Source: Cycas panzhihuaensis (taxonomy: Eukaryota > Plantae > Cycadophyta). From it: a stretch of DNA of 64,000 bases. The DNA is taken from contig CM041465.1 of assembly GCA_023213395.1 (NCBI GenBank), forward strand, positions 184,519,741-184,583,740, in the 5' to 3' direction. A model generated the notes under the pieces. It had not been told where the DNA came from and ran no database searches. It was given only the letters and a program-made list of their open reading frames with translations. Each line of letters opens with the position of its first letter. Within the stretch, counting starts at the first letter, position 1. The translations under genes were made by a program, and so were the position numbers. This document shows, in pieces, positions 11,701 through 25,765 of the stretch.

Positions 11701-14700
11701 ACTCACCTTGGAAGGCAAAATGGTCATGGTCAACCTTACTATCATTGACTTAAATTTGGAATATAATATCCTCTTAACAAGACTGTGGATTAACTAGATG
11801 TTCGTTGTCTATTTTTCACTATTTGGTGAGCTTAGTTTCATTCACAAGGGAGAGTTAAGGGTAGTAAAGTGAAAGTACAAACTTGTAAAGTAATCCATCC
11901 CATTGGTAGAAACTATCTTAGAGATGGGGGAGCCCTCTAACTCTTCCAAATATTTCTTTTAGTCTTTAGGTCTTAGATAATACTTTATCATTAAGACTCT
12001 TTCTACACTTAAGCAAGAAGTCAAAGAGGTAAATATGATCGATATAGTTCCTCTAAAGGAGAGTTATATTGAAACATTTTAATCCACTTTAGAACCATTT
12101 CCAATCCCTTCTCCTTTAAAGGAAGATGAGAACTTCCAATATGGTTCTTCCCTTTTCTAAGGAACCACTTCCTTAGCCTCATCTTTTTATGAGTTGAACT
12201 TCACATGTGTCCTTTGTTTGATTTATGTAAATAATATTTCTAACATTATTATATCTATGACTCAACCTCCTCCATAAGCACTTTTACCTCACACCTCTAT
12301 TGCATCATTTGGAGAGATGACTTATTGCTAATCTCTTTTTCTAGTTGCTTGGCTTAATCGACATGGTAAGAAACTCCTTATATATAGACATCCCAACATC
12401 TCATCTTTAGAAGGTGAGATGTCTTTATTTTATACCTCAGATAGATTAGGTCCAACATATATAAGAGGAATCAAAGAAGTGAATATGATTACCACTATCT
12501 CTCTCCTTTCTAGAGAGACTATTCAAGAGGATACTTCATCATCACTCATTTACATATCTTCTCCTACAAATCATCCTTTGATTGATGAACCTAATTTTCA
12601 TCAAATCATACACTTGGATTGGGAATTTCCCAAGTAGCCTGGTCCTTTTAATAAATGCTTATAATAATATATATTTTTATAAATTAGAACCTTGTCTTTT
12701 CTATAAAGGTTTTTTCCTTAGATTCACCTCATCGTTCTTAATTTTAGATTAAAGACTCTACCTTTAGAGATCTATATCATCTTGATCATTTTAAGGATGA
12801 TGAGGAAATCTTAGAAAACTTGGATAGAGCTTCACCCAACCTCCCTCCTAATCACCACAAGCTTGGTTTTGGTAAGTATTTACATCTTAATTTACCTTTA
12901 GTCAATCCTAGTTAATCTTCAAATGATCTTACATCTTTTGTAAACCCTACTTCAGAGGGAAGTGCCATACTTGTGGTAAGACCATTGGCATTGATTTAGA
13001 GATAAGTGAAACTTTAAAGATATTCAAAGTAGGGGTAGATTGCTCCCTTGAAGAAGTGAGATAATTAGAGGAGCTCTTTCGTGAATTTATCTCAGTCTTT
13101 GCTTGGGATTATAGTGATCTACATGGTCTTCACCCTAACTTTGTCCATCCATAATATCACTATAATCCTAGGGGCTAAGCCTAAAAGGTAAAAATAAAGA
13201 CTTATTAATTCTCATCTATCAACTACTACTAAATAGGAAGTGGAGAAACTTTTAAAAGTGGGGTTCATCAAAATCATTGATTATTCACCATGGGTTTCTA
13301 ATATAGTTCTTGTGGTTGAAAAGAATGGGTCTATATAGATATGTATTGACTTTTATAATATTAATAATGCTCATCCTAAAGGTAACTTTCCTCTCCCATT
13401 TTTAGATCAAACTTGGGACTAGACTATTGGTTTCAAAGTCATGTCCCTAATGGATAATTTTTCATGATATAATTAGATTCTTATCTATCGTAAAGATCAT
13501 CACAAGACCACTTTTACCATACCATGGGGAATGTTTGCATATAAGGTCATATCATTTGGTCTAAAAAATGCTATAACTACCTATTAACATGCCATGGTTT
13601 TTATTTTCTATGACCATATTGGCATTATAGTGGTTATTTACTTAGATGATATGCTTACCTTGTCATGTTATTAAAGAGATCATATTCAAGATTTAAGAAC
13701 TATTTTTGAATGGTTCCATAAATTCTACCTTTATCTTAATCCAACTAAGTACATATTTATAGTTAATTCATGGAAAATGCAAGGAAATATAGTTTTTTGT
13801 GATGGTATCAGGGTAGATCCTAAAAAAATAAGAGCCATTGTTGATATGCCATCCCCTCATATACAAAAATAAATTAAATCATTCCTTGGTAACTTAGGTT
13901 TCTTGAGGTGATTCATTGCAGATTTTACACTAAATGCTAAACCCCTTACTAACCTACTAAAAAAGGGAGCTTCTCTCATTTGGGATCCATCGATTCAGTA
14001 GTCTTTTGATAGATTAAAATAAGCATTGATCTCAACCCTTGTTCTTGCTCCTCCCATATTTGATAAGATTTTTATCTTATATACATCTTCTATACAAGAG
14101 TTGCTTGGGGGCATGCTTGCTCAAGAAGATGAATTTGGAAAAGAGTAAGATAATTATTTTATAAGTAGGACACTTGTTGTTACTAGGCTTAATTATTCTC
14201 CTTCTGAGAAAGAATGTTTCTCATTAATATTTGCTACTAAGAAGTTACAACATTATCTTCTTAGTAACACCACCTTTCTTATTGTCCAATCCAACCCTAT
14301 ATGCTACCTACTTACTAAGAGAAATCTTACTAGGTGAGTGAGCAAAGAGGCTTTTCTTTTACAAGGATTTAATTTTTAAATAGTCAATTAAAAATATAAG
14401 AAAGAAAAGGTAGTTCTTAAGATGATGGTAAATGCTCCTTTACCCAATCCCTCTAATGAGTTTATTGATAATACATTCCCTAATGAGTAAATCCTCTAAG
14501 TAGATATTATCCCACTAGAGGAATTTTGGTATAAAGAGATCAAATCTTATCTCTTAAACTAAACTTTTCCTTGTTCTTCTTCTTCAAAAAGGAGAAGACA
14601 GATTATGACTAGTACCCGATAACATCTACTATTAGATAACATCTTACATAAGAATTCACCTGATGGAGTTTTATTAAGGTTCCTTTTACCTATTAAGATA

Positions 14701-15740
14701 TAAACTATCTTGGCTGAGTGGGATAATAGTATATGTTGTAGCCAATCCATGACCCAACATATCTTATGAATGGGATGCTACTAGCCATTATTATTTAAGG
14801 ATGCTCATGTATACATTTAAAAATATAAAAAATGCCAATCTTATCTGACTCTTATTCACTAACCTACTTAAACCCTTAAAGTCTATTGTGTCTCCTTAAC
14901 CTTTTTCTCAATGAGGAATTAACCTTATTGGTCACATTTTCCTCCATTCTCAAGTGGTTGTAAGTTCATTTTAACTACCATTGAGTATTTTACTAAGTTG
15001 AGTGAGGCTATTCCTTTAGTCTCCATTACTGGAAAGATTATTGCTACCTTTATTTTTCAACATAACATTTGTAGATTTGGGGTCCTAGGCATTATTATTA
15101 CTAATATCAAAACCTTATTTTACAATCCTCAAGTAGTTAAGTTATGTGAGAACTTCTATATTACTCATCATCTTTCAGCTCCTTATCTTCCTCAAGCATG
15201 GATAAGTTGAAGCTTGTAATAAAATATTAGCCAAGATTTTAGCCAAAACTATGGATAACCCTCATTGTGATTGGCATGTTCATTTATTTATTATGGTATG
15301 GGCCTATTATACTTCTATTAGAAATATAACTAGAATAATACCTGTCTCTCTAATATATAGAGTTAGAAGTTGAGATACTATCTTTGCATGTGTCTTTGAA
15401 AGATTTCATCAATGAAGAATTTCAAAGAGAAGCTCATATGTTAGAGTTAAAAAAGATGGATGAAACATGTTTAACCACTCTTTAAAATAACCTCACTTCT
15501 AAAATTAGAGCTTAGGTAGTTCATGACAGATAATTAAGACCCTACAAATTTTGCATTAGAGACAATGTACTTAAACTTGAGTATTTACATAACAAGCAAC
15601 AAAAATTTTCTCCTAAGTAGATAGGACCCTACCTAGTTGTTGAGGATCTTGAGAATGACACTTATTGAATTTCCACTCTTAAGGGTTTGGAACTCTAAAA
15701 ATTGATTAATTCACAATTCTTATGAATGTTCTATGCTTAG
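8720..15740 (+). pseudogene. Degenerate gag-pol of element B
   Basis: Gag (RPFVDY...MMRLFPKSL, ~10030-10250); PR (VIIDEGSLVNV, ~11555); RT (AWDYSDLHG, PWVSNIV, CIDF, YLDD at 13639-13650); RH (~14070-14400); INT (~14700-15740, stop TAG 15738-15740). Many stops and frameshifts. Confidence 0.92.
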
Positions 15741-16867
15741 GAACTAAAATCATTACACTCTACAATGAGAATAAAGTATGACCCCAAAAGACATACCATC
15801 TGATGAGCCTAAACTATAGATGGTCTTTATCTTTCTTCCCTTTTAACTATCAACTATTATTTTCATACAATTATAGTTTCTCTCTTTCTTTACTTTTACT
15901 TTTAGATTGAGCTTAAAGTTTTCTAGCATAGAAATCAAAATAATAACTAGGTATAGAGTCTAAATAATTAGCTTCTTTTGATATGTGAGATATCTTGTTC
16001 TTTTTACATTCTTACTTATTAGTTTTGGATCTTGGTTTACTTGTAGACCTTTCACCTACACTTATTTGACCTTGTGTTTGATATGGTTCTTAGTATACTC
16101 TCATTACATTCCTAAGGTTATTCCTCATTTTACTACCTTCCCTTTATACTCAAAGACATTGTGATTTAGAGATCCTTCCTTTTCCTATGGTTTAGTATTC
16201 AAGGATTTTATTTCATAGTTTTTATTTCCTTAGTTTCATTAAAAAGTCCACCCTTGCTATAGTATGAGAAGATGTTTCATGATTAAGTCAATCATTAGTC
16301 ACATGTGATTACTTGTTTTATTTCTCTTGATCATGTTTTGGTGAAAATCATGTGGTGATTGTAGCTAAGATGTTGAACGGGTATCTTCTAGAAAGTGTGT
16401 TCAATGATGCTTGGTTCACCATGATCATCTTCTAAACTATCATATAGAATGATATAGTTAATAGTGTTTAAAAGAAATCATTTAAAAAAATGGTAACAAA
16501 AAAAAAAAAAGAGGTAAGTAAAGTTGTTTCTATCTCTTGCACCCTCTTTCTATCTGGAGTAAGTTGTATGATGACTTCATCTCTACTTGCATTTATTATA
16601 CATTAGGTTGATTTAAGTGTATAATTTAGGACCTTTAGATCTAGTTGATTGGGCTCGCCATGGCCTCATTTATGATCGAAACCTATTTGATATATTTATC
16701 ATCTTTACTTTCATGTATGTATGGGTGATATTCTTATGGTGAGGAAACTTAATCATGAATATATCTTTCTTTTATTTTATAGTCAAAACCAAGTCTCCAA
16801 TTTCTCATAGGTTGATTCCTACACCTTATATCTATTAATTTGTCTCTAAGTTTGATTCTTTATCACC

Positions 16868-17250
16868 ATGGCATTAAGTGTATATACTAATAGAGGTAGT
16901 AATGGTAATATGGGACCATTTGCTAATGCATAAGTAGTGCCTGACCAACTAGGTAATCTATTAATCTCTACTAGCATGTTCTTACCTCAGGCGACTAATA
17001 ACAATGCTAAATAGATTGTAGTTATAGAAGCTTTAATAGACATCTTACACCTTCATCATGGTTCTATTGATTAGTATTCTAATTCCCAAGTCATGATCCT
17101 TCAACTCACTGTTACACTCATTCTCTTAGGTTGTATTCCTTTCACCATTAGGCTTTGTCATTGTTGTCTTATTTTTCATCAACTACCATTCAACATACAC
17201 CTCATGATCAATACATGGAAGCTAACTCTTTAGTCTTGTATATCTTAAAG
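16868..17250 (+). pseudogene. Additional (archaeal/plant-type) RNase H ORF downstream of integrase in element B
   Basis: Manual translation: MALSVYTNRGSNGNMGP...DQLGNLL...LPQATNNNAK*...YSNSQVMILQL...IQHTPHDQYMEANSL. This matches the aRH pattern YTDG.S.GNPG / ATNN.AEY / DSQL...Q / HIPR..N..ADSL. Confidence 0.8.
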
Positions 17251-18199
17251 TACCATTGCTTGTAACCTTCTCTTTTGTGTTGGTGACATCACTCCAAAAG
17301 AAGTATAAATTAAGTATCAACTACCACTCCAAAATAAGTATAAACTAGCATATAAACACCATTACTAAAGCATAATGAGGGCTATTATAAGTGCATATAA
17401 AACATAGAGTCAAGCATGTATATGGAACTAACATTATAAAAGGGAAAAATGGGAGGGGTAGGGATAAAGTTAATAATCTTTCATATATCCATAATGTCAT
17501 AAAGAAAAGTAATGATGTCATATATGTACGTGTGTGTGTGTACATATACAATATCATGGTCTTGTACCTTCCATGGGTGTATACAAATCATCATAACTGG
17601 ACCCACTATTACATCCCTATGCACATAGAGCAAACTCATCTCCCTTCCCTCTTAACTCTCTCCCCATGTACATGCCTATCCTTAGGAAGGATGATGAGAG
17701 CTACCCTATCCACCTCATGTGTATCTACTCTGAGAATGGCTATGTGTCCTCTCTCTCCTATGAGGACCATGTTTGTCTTATTATACACTCATGCTACCTA
17801 AAGGAGTTATACACCTACTTGATTGTAGAATGATCATCCTACATGGATGGCATCACTTATCTTTAGTATATCGTAATACCTAGTCACCCTGCTACATCTT
17901 GGAATATATATCATACTTGAACAATAGGAATAAAATACTAAATAAGAGGGTTAATAATGCTCAATTATTTTTTTTTCCAAATGAGAGTCTCTTTTATAGA
18001 AAATACATATGGATATAAGATATCAAGAATCCTCTTTAGCTTAGTAAGCTCCATTGTCCCCTCACTTTCCACAAACACATATCATAGTTAATTAACTTAT
18101 TTAGAAAAAAGAAAAGAAAACTATGAAGGCTATCACATAATCTAGACTAAGTCAACACATAGTAAATAAAACAAAAGTGAAAAATACTTGTAAGGCATG

Positions 18200-18550
18200 G
18201 TGTTACTACATCAACTAGTTGTTAGGGGACCTCTTCACCTCCCTCCTCATCTGCCACCACTCCACGGGTACCATATGAGCTTATATCCATGTTGTGAGTA
18301 GGGGAGTTATCTCCTGCTATTCCTTCTATCTCTCCACTAGCCTTTCTCTCTCCTCCTCTACCTGCATCCTATCCCTTCTTAGCACTTGGTTCACCTACTC
18401 CCTCTGTCGATGTAATGATACATGCTTCCTACTCATCCTATCCTCTTACATCACCACCTACTCCTTGTACTCCCTCTACCCCACCTACACCTTGTCCTCT
18501 ACCCCTAGATATAAGGGGTGGTCTCCCTATCACTACCCTTTCGATATCAT
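18200..18550 (-). pseudogene. Possible remnant of an antisense ORF (RGRG-rich and E/R-rich) in the 3' region of element B
   Basis: Minus-strand reads such as SRGRGQGVGG and QVEEERERLVER with in-frame stops. Antisense ORFs are known in Tat-lineage 3' regions. Confidence 0.3.
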
Positions 18551-21500
18551 TGACCTCATCATTTGTCGAGGCTTACATCTTATCATAAGGATTAGGAACC
18601 AATTAGTTCCTCATCATCCTACTTAAGAGGGGACTATGTATACTCCTAACTACTAATGGCTACCTATTACAGACCTGAGAGCACATATGCCATCTATTCA
18701 TTATAGGGTTTATAATACTCAACTCACCTAACAATCTAGCCAATCTTATTTGTGGGATATGGTCATATAGCCATCACATAAGAATAGAGCTGTATGAAAA
18801 TCCTCCATGTCCATGTCTCTAGATGTGACTCAATTGCTAACTCATACTATCAACAATGAAGCTACCCTAGTTTATTTAAGTATATGTTTCATATTATCTA
18901 ATAATCCCTATCCACTAAGTCGAAACCCCTATGAAGTTATATATCTTGACAATATAGAACACTATAATCTATGCCAACACTTTCCTAAGTGATGAGATCC
19001 TCTCCACCATCCGCATAACCTCTACTAAGATCTCTTAAGTTCCAAATATTGGCTACATGCTTGCTAAGACTCCTCATCCATAACTTAGTTCAATTGGACC
19101 TTTACTCCTTGCCAGCTAACTCCTAAGATCCTTCCAATGCCCCTAGCAATGATTTATATGTCTCCAATACCACGTGCATGGCATACTTGGTCTATGGGCA
19201 CCCACAAGCTAGCAAAATCCTCCAATATCTTATATTCCATAACTAACTAGATGGAACAAATGGCTTTGGCCAATCCACATCAATGAAGAAACTTCTGATC
19301 AATAGTTGATAGGGCTCTAGTGAATATGGTCCATCCCTCATTCTCCTATGTATCAATCCTCTCGAGGGGCTACATCACGACAAAGAAAATTAGATTTAGT
19401 CTCATCTATCAACATTTAGAAACTAAAATATGTTTAACTTTCTTTAACTTTTTAAAATTATGATTAAAAAAATATAATAAGCTAGTTAAAAACATGATAA
19501 AGTAGTTAAAAATGAGATAAACCAATAAAAAACTTGATTTCGTGAAATCCTAATTTTTGAAACCATGTTTTTGATCTATTTGTCATGTTTTTAGACTTAT
19601 TCCTATATTTTTCAGTGCTAATATCATATTTTTAACAAAAAATAAAATAAAAATTATACTATTAGCTTATTAGGTACCAAATGCTACACTGCATCTTCAC
19701 TTTCTCAACCCAATAGAGCTCATGGAATATTGGAATTTCTCTCCAAGTGTATGAAGTCTTAATCCAATTACAAAAACGACTCCCAAACTTTCACTCTTGC
19801 CTGTAAAAATGAGGTTTGATAGGAACACTTTTTACTATTAAAAGGTCTTCTTGTCAAAGGGGATTTCATCTCTCAGTTTCTTCTTTTCAAGCATCCATAT
19901 CATATAAACATTATGGTTCATAGGTTTTGATTTCTCTTAAGTAGGTTTTTTATACCTTCCTACTTAACTTTTTTCCCTATTATTAATAACGTAATTCAAG
20001 TTGAGGTGACTAAGAAATTTTACCCAAAGGTAAATTGATTGAATTCTCTACTTGTTTATACTCTATATGATTAATTCTTTACCCTTATTTTGAATTTTAT
20101 CTCCTTTTTGACCTCTAGGCCTCTTTGAAGTACCTCACCAAAAAAAACTTAATTATTGAAGAGCCTAAATTATGACAATCCCTATCACATGTTTAAAAAT
20201 AATGTGCTCTAAGAAATTCACATGGTAAAGAGCCTAAATTATGGCAGTCTGCTCTATAACCAGGGTAAACTAATGCTTTGAAAAGTCACCTACTAAAGAT
20301 CTTAAACTATGGTAGCTTCCATCACGTACTTGTAATGGGTACTTTCCTCTGAGATCTTATAATCCCACCCATTCAAGGATTATGAAAATGGTCATTAATG
20401 AGAGAAAACTATGGTGACCATCCCATCTAAAGCACTACTAATGAGGTTAAACTATGAAATCCTCTATTTTCTTAATGACTCATCATTGTAATGGTAAATC
20501 AAGTGTCACACCCAAATTTAGTTGTAGTTTTAAAATGGCTCTTCCTAACCGCCACATCATATATAGTTTTCTCATCCAAAGTTGACTTTCATCTTTACAT
20601 CAAATATAAACTCAATCCCAACTCCAGATTACCATGTTTCACCTTCTTATTTCTTATTGCAAGTAAGAGATTTGGTGATAAGGGAGCAAATATTTCACCA
20701 TAATTGGTCTTATTGACACGATTAGGTTTATATTCTAGTTGCCTACCTTAAGCTAGTTTTATGACTATATCCTTCATATGTGTATGGATGTTTCTTTGAT
20801 AGTGTGAATGGTGAATGGTTTGCTTTTGACTAATCATCTCATGGTTTGACTATAAATATAGATATATTTGGTCCTTTATTATGTGGTTTTTAGTTGTAGA
20901 ATGATGATTAGATGATTGGCTATATAATATAATGATTATGTCTTTGCCAATGGCTAATACAATGTTGCATTTTATACCTTAAGTGTAGTATAAAGCCTAG
21001 CTTACTCCAAGTCCTTCTCTCTCCATTTGAATTTTTGGCTACTATCATCCTAATATTTGATTGATTTTTGTCTTATTTTAACCTCTTTTTTATTTTAATT
21101 TATAGTGATTTTGGCCTTATCAATTTGTTTTTAGACCTAATATTCTTCATCAAGTTGATTTTGTTTTAGAAAATATTCTTTTCTCTATATTTTTTTCCAT
21201 ATTTTATTTATAGTATTTTTGACATGCTAAAAAATATGACTTTCTTAATAAAATACAATGATATTATTAATAAAATCATATTTTTAACTATCATAGATAG
21301 AAAAAATAATTGAAGACATTGATTTGCATATTTCCTTCAACATTAACCACCTAGATTCAAGAAATGGCATTACTTGACTTTCCCCATTCACCTCATGATC
21401 ATTAAAACCTTATCCATGTGAATATTTTATTAATGAGAATCAATTAATCTATGGCCAAAAAAACATGGTATAATTTTCCTCCTACCTTCTCCCTTAGTCT

Positions 21501-21900
21501 CTATAAATCCTAGTGGCTTTTTAGAGTGAGGTAGAGGTGGAAGAGAGCATTTAGAGAATTTTAAAAGAGCTTTTAAAGTGCTATTATACTACTAAATTTC
21601 TTTGAGACTTTGCTAGTATTCTTTTTATTATTTGAAACTTGATTAGAGATCTGCCTTCATGAGAACATGTTGATCCTATTAGGAGGAATAAAGGGTTATA
21701 TTTACTATAATTCTTGTTCAATTCTTAGGCCTAAAATTTCACTCGTATATTGAGATTAAGTTTTTATAGTTCCTACTAAAAAAATTTAAATAGGATTAAA
21801 ATAACTTATGTGCATATAAATATTAAAGGAGAAAATATAAAAAAATATTAGATCAAAGTGGCCTTATTGTAAGGAATTGAGATAGGTAAATTGATTACAC

Positions 21901-24487
21901 TGTCAATCTATATTCTGATAGGGCTTTGTTATATCAAATCATCCAATGTACAAATGAGGGTGTTCAGGTCTAATTTATAGATCTTGATACACCTTGAAAA
22001 ATAATCTCATTGGTCAATATAATGGGCTAATATTATTGGCCCATTATTCGGTAAGGGGGCGAACCCAACGCTATATTATATTACAATTCAATTTATAAAG
22101 AGATACACTAATGGTACAACTATACATAAAAACACATTTATAAATAAGGTGTTGTTAAATGTTTTAACACTCTTCCTTAATGATAGCTTTATTTATCTTG
22201 ACATTGAGGTTGTGTTGTAACCTTTCAAACTTTGATCTCCCAAGTGCTTTAGTAAAGATGTCTTCTACTTGGTGCTTAATCAATCAATACACTAAATCAA
22301 CTTCTCCATTTTGCACATGCTCACAAATGAAGTGATGATGGACCTTTATGTGTTTAGTTCTTGCATGAAAAACATGATTCTTGGTCATCTTTAAAACACT
22401 CAGATTGTCATAAAAGATGGTGGTGGAACATGTTTGATGAAGTCCAAGTTCTATAAGAATTCTGCATAACCAAATCACTTCAGTGGTGGCATGAAAAGCT
22501 GCTTTGCATTTAACTTTTATAAATGAGAGAGCAACATTTGGTTATTTTTTACAGCTCTAAGATATTATAACTGAGTTTATATCAAAGAAGTACCCTAACA
22601 TAGAATGGCGTGAGTCTTGGAAACTAGTCTAATCAACATCTATATGTATTTTTAGGATAGGATTGTTAACTAAGTTATAATAAAGGCCAAGCTAAAGTAT
22701 GTTGTAGATGTATTTGAGAATTCTAATGGAGACCTTTCAATGTGATACCTTGAGCTGTGATATGTACTTAGAACATATCCCAACTACATAAGAGATATCC
22801 AATCAAGTGTGAGTGAAGTAGATCAGACTCCTAACTAACTACCCATATAAGGTAGGATCAAAGGACTTATCTTGTTTATTTAGAGTTAGCTTGGTCCCTA
22901 TTTCAATTGGTATAGGTAAAGACTTGTAGTTTTCTATTCTAAACTACTATAGAAGTTCATTTTGAATACTTGGATTTTGACAAGAATATATGACCAAGTT
23001 CCTACCATACCTCAATACTAAGGAAATAATATAGCAACTCAAGGTCAATCATCTCAAAGTTACTTTTAAGTTTTGATTGGATCCAAGTTATTCCATTATC
23101 ATCATTTCTAGTTATTGCTAAGTTGTCCACATAAAGCACTATGATAGTGATCAAATTATCTCTAATCTAAATATACATATCAAGATTAGAGGGTAAACGA
23201 GTAAATCCATGCTACTTGAAGAAGGCATCAATCTTTGAATACTAGGCATGAGGTATCTGTTTTAATTTATAGAGGGCTTTTTTAAGCTTGTAAACTAGAT
23301 GTTCTTTTTCAGGCCAATTGAATTTGGTCACAAGTGACATAACCAAATAAAATATGGTCTGTTGGAAATGGGTGCATAGTTCTCTTTATAATCAATACCC
23401 TTTTATGACTTGAAACCTTTTATATCTAGGTGAGATTTGTGATGCTTAATAGTACCATTGGTATGATATTTTATCTTATAAAGCCATCGACAATTAATTG
23501 ACTTCTTTCTAGGTGGTAGTTTAGTTAGCTCCCATGTGTTATTCTTATTGATTGAGGTCATTTTTTCATCCATTGAAGCTTTTCACATTTGGTCTTTGAC
23601 TACCTCCTCAAGCATGGAAGGATCAAAGGTCTTAAGGACACATGCCATTAAGGCATAGTTTGTAGAATGCCTCATTCTAAACTCTCTCTTGGGAGAAATA
23701 GGAGGAGAAGGTGCATCCTTTATCAGTTGTTGTTACCCCTTAGGAGGTTGTTGAATACTAGTGAACTATACATGAAAATCATCTACATATATAGATGGTA
23801 TTATAGAGATGACATCTGATATTGAGGTTGAAGCTAATAGTACTAAAGATGGACTTGGCGTGTAGGATGTTGTTGGTACAGGTGGGTCAAGAATTGATGC
23901 TAGAGGTATATTTGGAATAATAATATCATTATTTACAATAAACTAAATCTATGAAGGGTCCAAGTTTAATGTTTCTTTAAAAAAAATAATATCTTGAGTG
24001 GTATACCCCTAATTTCCAACAAGGTCATATACCTTGTAATCTTTACATCTAGGCATATAATTAAGGAAGATGCATTTGAGGCTATTGTCATCTAACTTTT
24101 TCTTATTTTCTTTGGGGATGAACTTGTGAGTGATACAATCAAATATCCTTAAATGTGAGATGGTAGGATTTGTGCCTAACCAAGCCTTCTCAGGTGTGAT
24201 ATCTCTTACTACTATAGTGGTACTTTTGTTTTCGAGATATGCAATAGTGGAGAGAGTTTAATTCTAAAAATAGGTAGTAAGATTTATAATATTCAGCATA
24301 GCCTTTACCTTATTCACCAAAGTTAGGTTCATTCTTTCTACCACACTATTTTATTGGGGTATGCATGGAGCAGAGAATTGGTATTTGATCTTGATTCTTA
24401 ACAAAAATTGATGAATTAATTTAAAGTGTATTTTCCTCTATTATCTAATCTAAGCACCTTGATTGTTATGCCGCTTTTATTTTTAAC
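21901..24487 (-). mobile_element. Element D: 5'-truncated Ty1/Copia fragment (partial INT, RT, RH, PPT, 3' LTR at ~21901-22169), related to element G
   Basis: Minus-strand HVFHARTKHIKVHHHFICEHVQ (RH), KLKKALY (RT), KLDDNSLKCIF (INT C-terminus); PPT complement CTCTTCCTT follows ...TTAACA at 22169. Confidence 0.88.
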
Positions 24488-25765
24488 TTCTACCTTGAAG
24501 TTCTTGAATTTCTTAAAATCTTCATATTTGTGTCAAAGAAAGTAGACTCAAACTTTTTTTGAAGAATTATAACTAAAGGCCATGAAGAACATGTTAAAAA
24601 TAAGTGTTCAAAGATTACTTTTGAAACTACGATAAAAATATAAATGAAGTATGAGATGACTAAAATGATAAAACAATAAATGAATAAATAAAAGATAAAG
24701 TATGCACAATATAAAATACAACAAAGATATGGAAAAATAACCACCTTCTAAATTATTGCATTAGGCATGAATACATACTTATAGTACATTTGACCTCATA
24801 CTTGTCCAATAAGATATAAGAACCCTTAAGTCCATTAATGGGATGATTACATAAATAGGTGTGCATCACATGCATATATATTAATAACACAATATAAAAA
24901 TACCTATGAGAGACACTTAGCTAACATCAATCCCACATTAAACATTATGTTTTATTACCTACTAGTCTTTTGTGTCCATCATGCTCTCCCGAAACATCCA
25001 TTGTTATCAATCCTGTCATTCTCATAGCTCCTTGGACTTGGTGGTGATATGTTAAGTAGAAGTAAGGCACTATTCTAAGAATATACTACTTATTTGGCTT
25101 AGATTTTCTTAAGTTAATGCATGGTTTGATTTAAGTTTATATTTCAAAAAAAAAAAAAAAAGTCTTTTATTGCTATTTTTTAGATTTTATTTCTTTTGAT
25201 ATCTAGAGGTTTTATTAATCTCTTAGAATGATAAAATATATAAATCAAACTAAATTTGATTTTGATGTTTTTATCACATTAATAACATTATCTAGGGGCT
25301 ATTTTCAAGTATTGAACCAATTTCAATTCCTAGTTATAGTCCTTCCTAAAGTAATCACATCATTCTTGCTTATTCCATCTCCCAAATCTTAATAAGTTTG
25401 GCCCTACCAAGGGTTTGAATAGCATATCCCAAACTTTTAAGAGGAGGTGGAGTGATAAATAAGAAGGAATCTTTAAGCAAAGTAGTTTTTCTTTTGCATG
25501 CAAGGTTTACTTGGTACTATATAGTTATTATTGTAATCTTAGTTAATTTGTGGACTTATATTTAGGAGTTATTTTCATTGAATCAATTATTATCATAGTT
25601 ATATATTGTTTTCTTAGCTAATGAACAATAACTCAATATAAGGAGCATTAGAAAGAAGCAAAATTAGTCAGTTGTAATCTTCCACAAGGTACATATTTCT
25701 CATCTCAATACTCTTAACTTATTTGCTTAGTTTGAAGATCTCATAAGCAAGTAAAGAATAGAAAG

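Noticed and set aside
15795-15825. CTGATGAG inside an ACCATCT/AGATGGT stem, and CGAAAC in the A repeats, suggesting a hammerhead ribozyme (retrozyme)
   Set aside because: No single locus has both CUGANGA and GAAA with the three stems and a UH cleavage site; the two half-motifs occur in different elements
17391-17801. 136-aa plus-strand ORF as a host gene
   Set aside because: No recognisable motif, low-complexity stretches, and it lies inside the 3' region of element B
17860-18210. Possible small solo LTR ending ...GGTGTTACTACA inside B
   Set aside because: No second copy or TSD identifiable in the window
20150-20465. Repeat-spacer pattern reminiscent of a CRISPR array
   Set aside because: Repeats are only ~14 bp and degenerate, spacing is irregular, there are no cas genes, and the context is a eukaryotic retrotransposon
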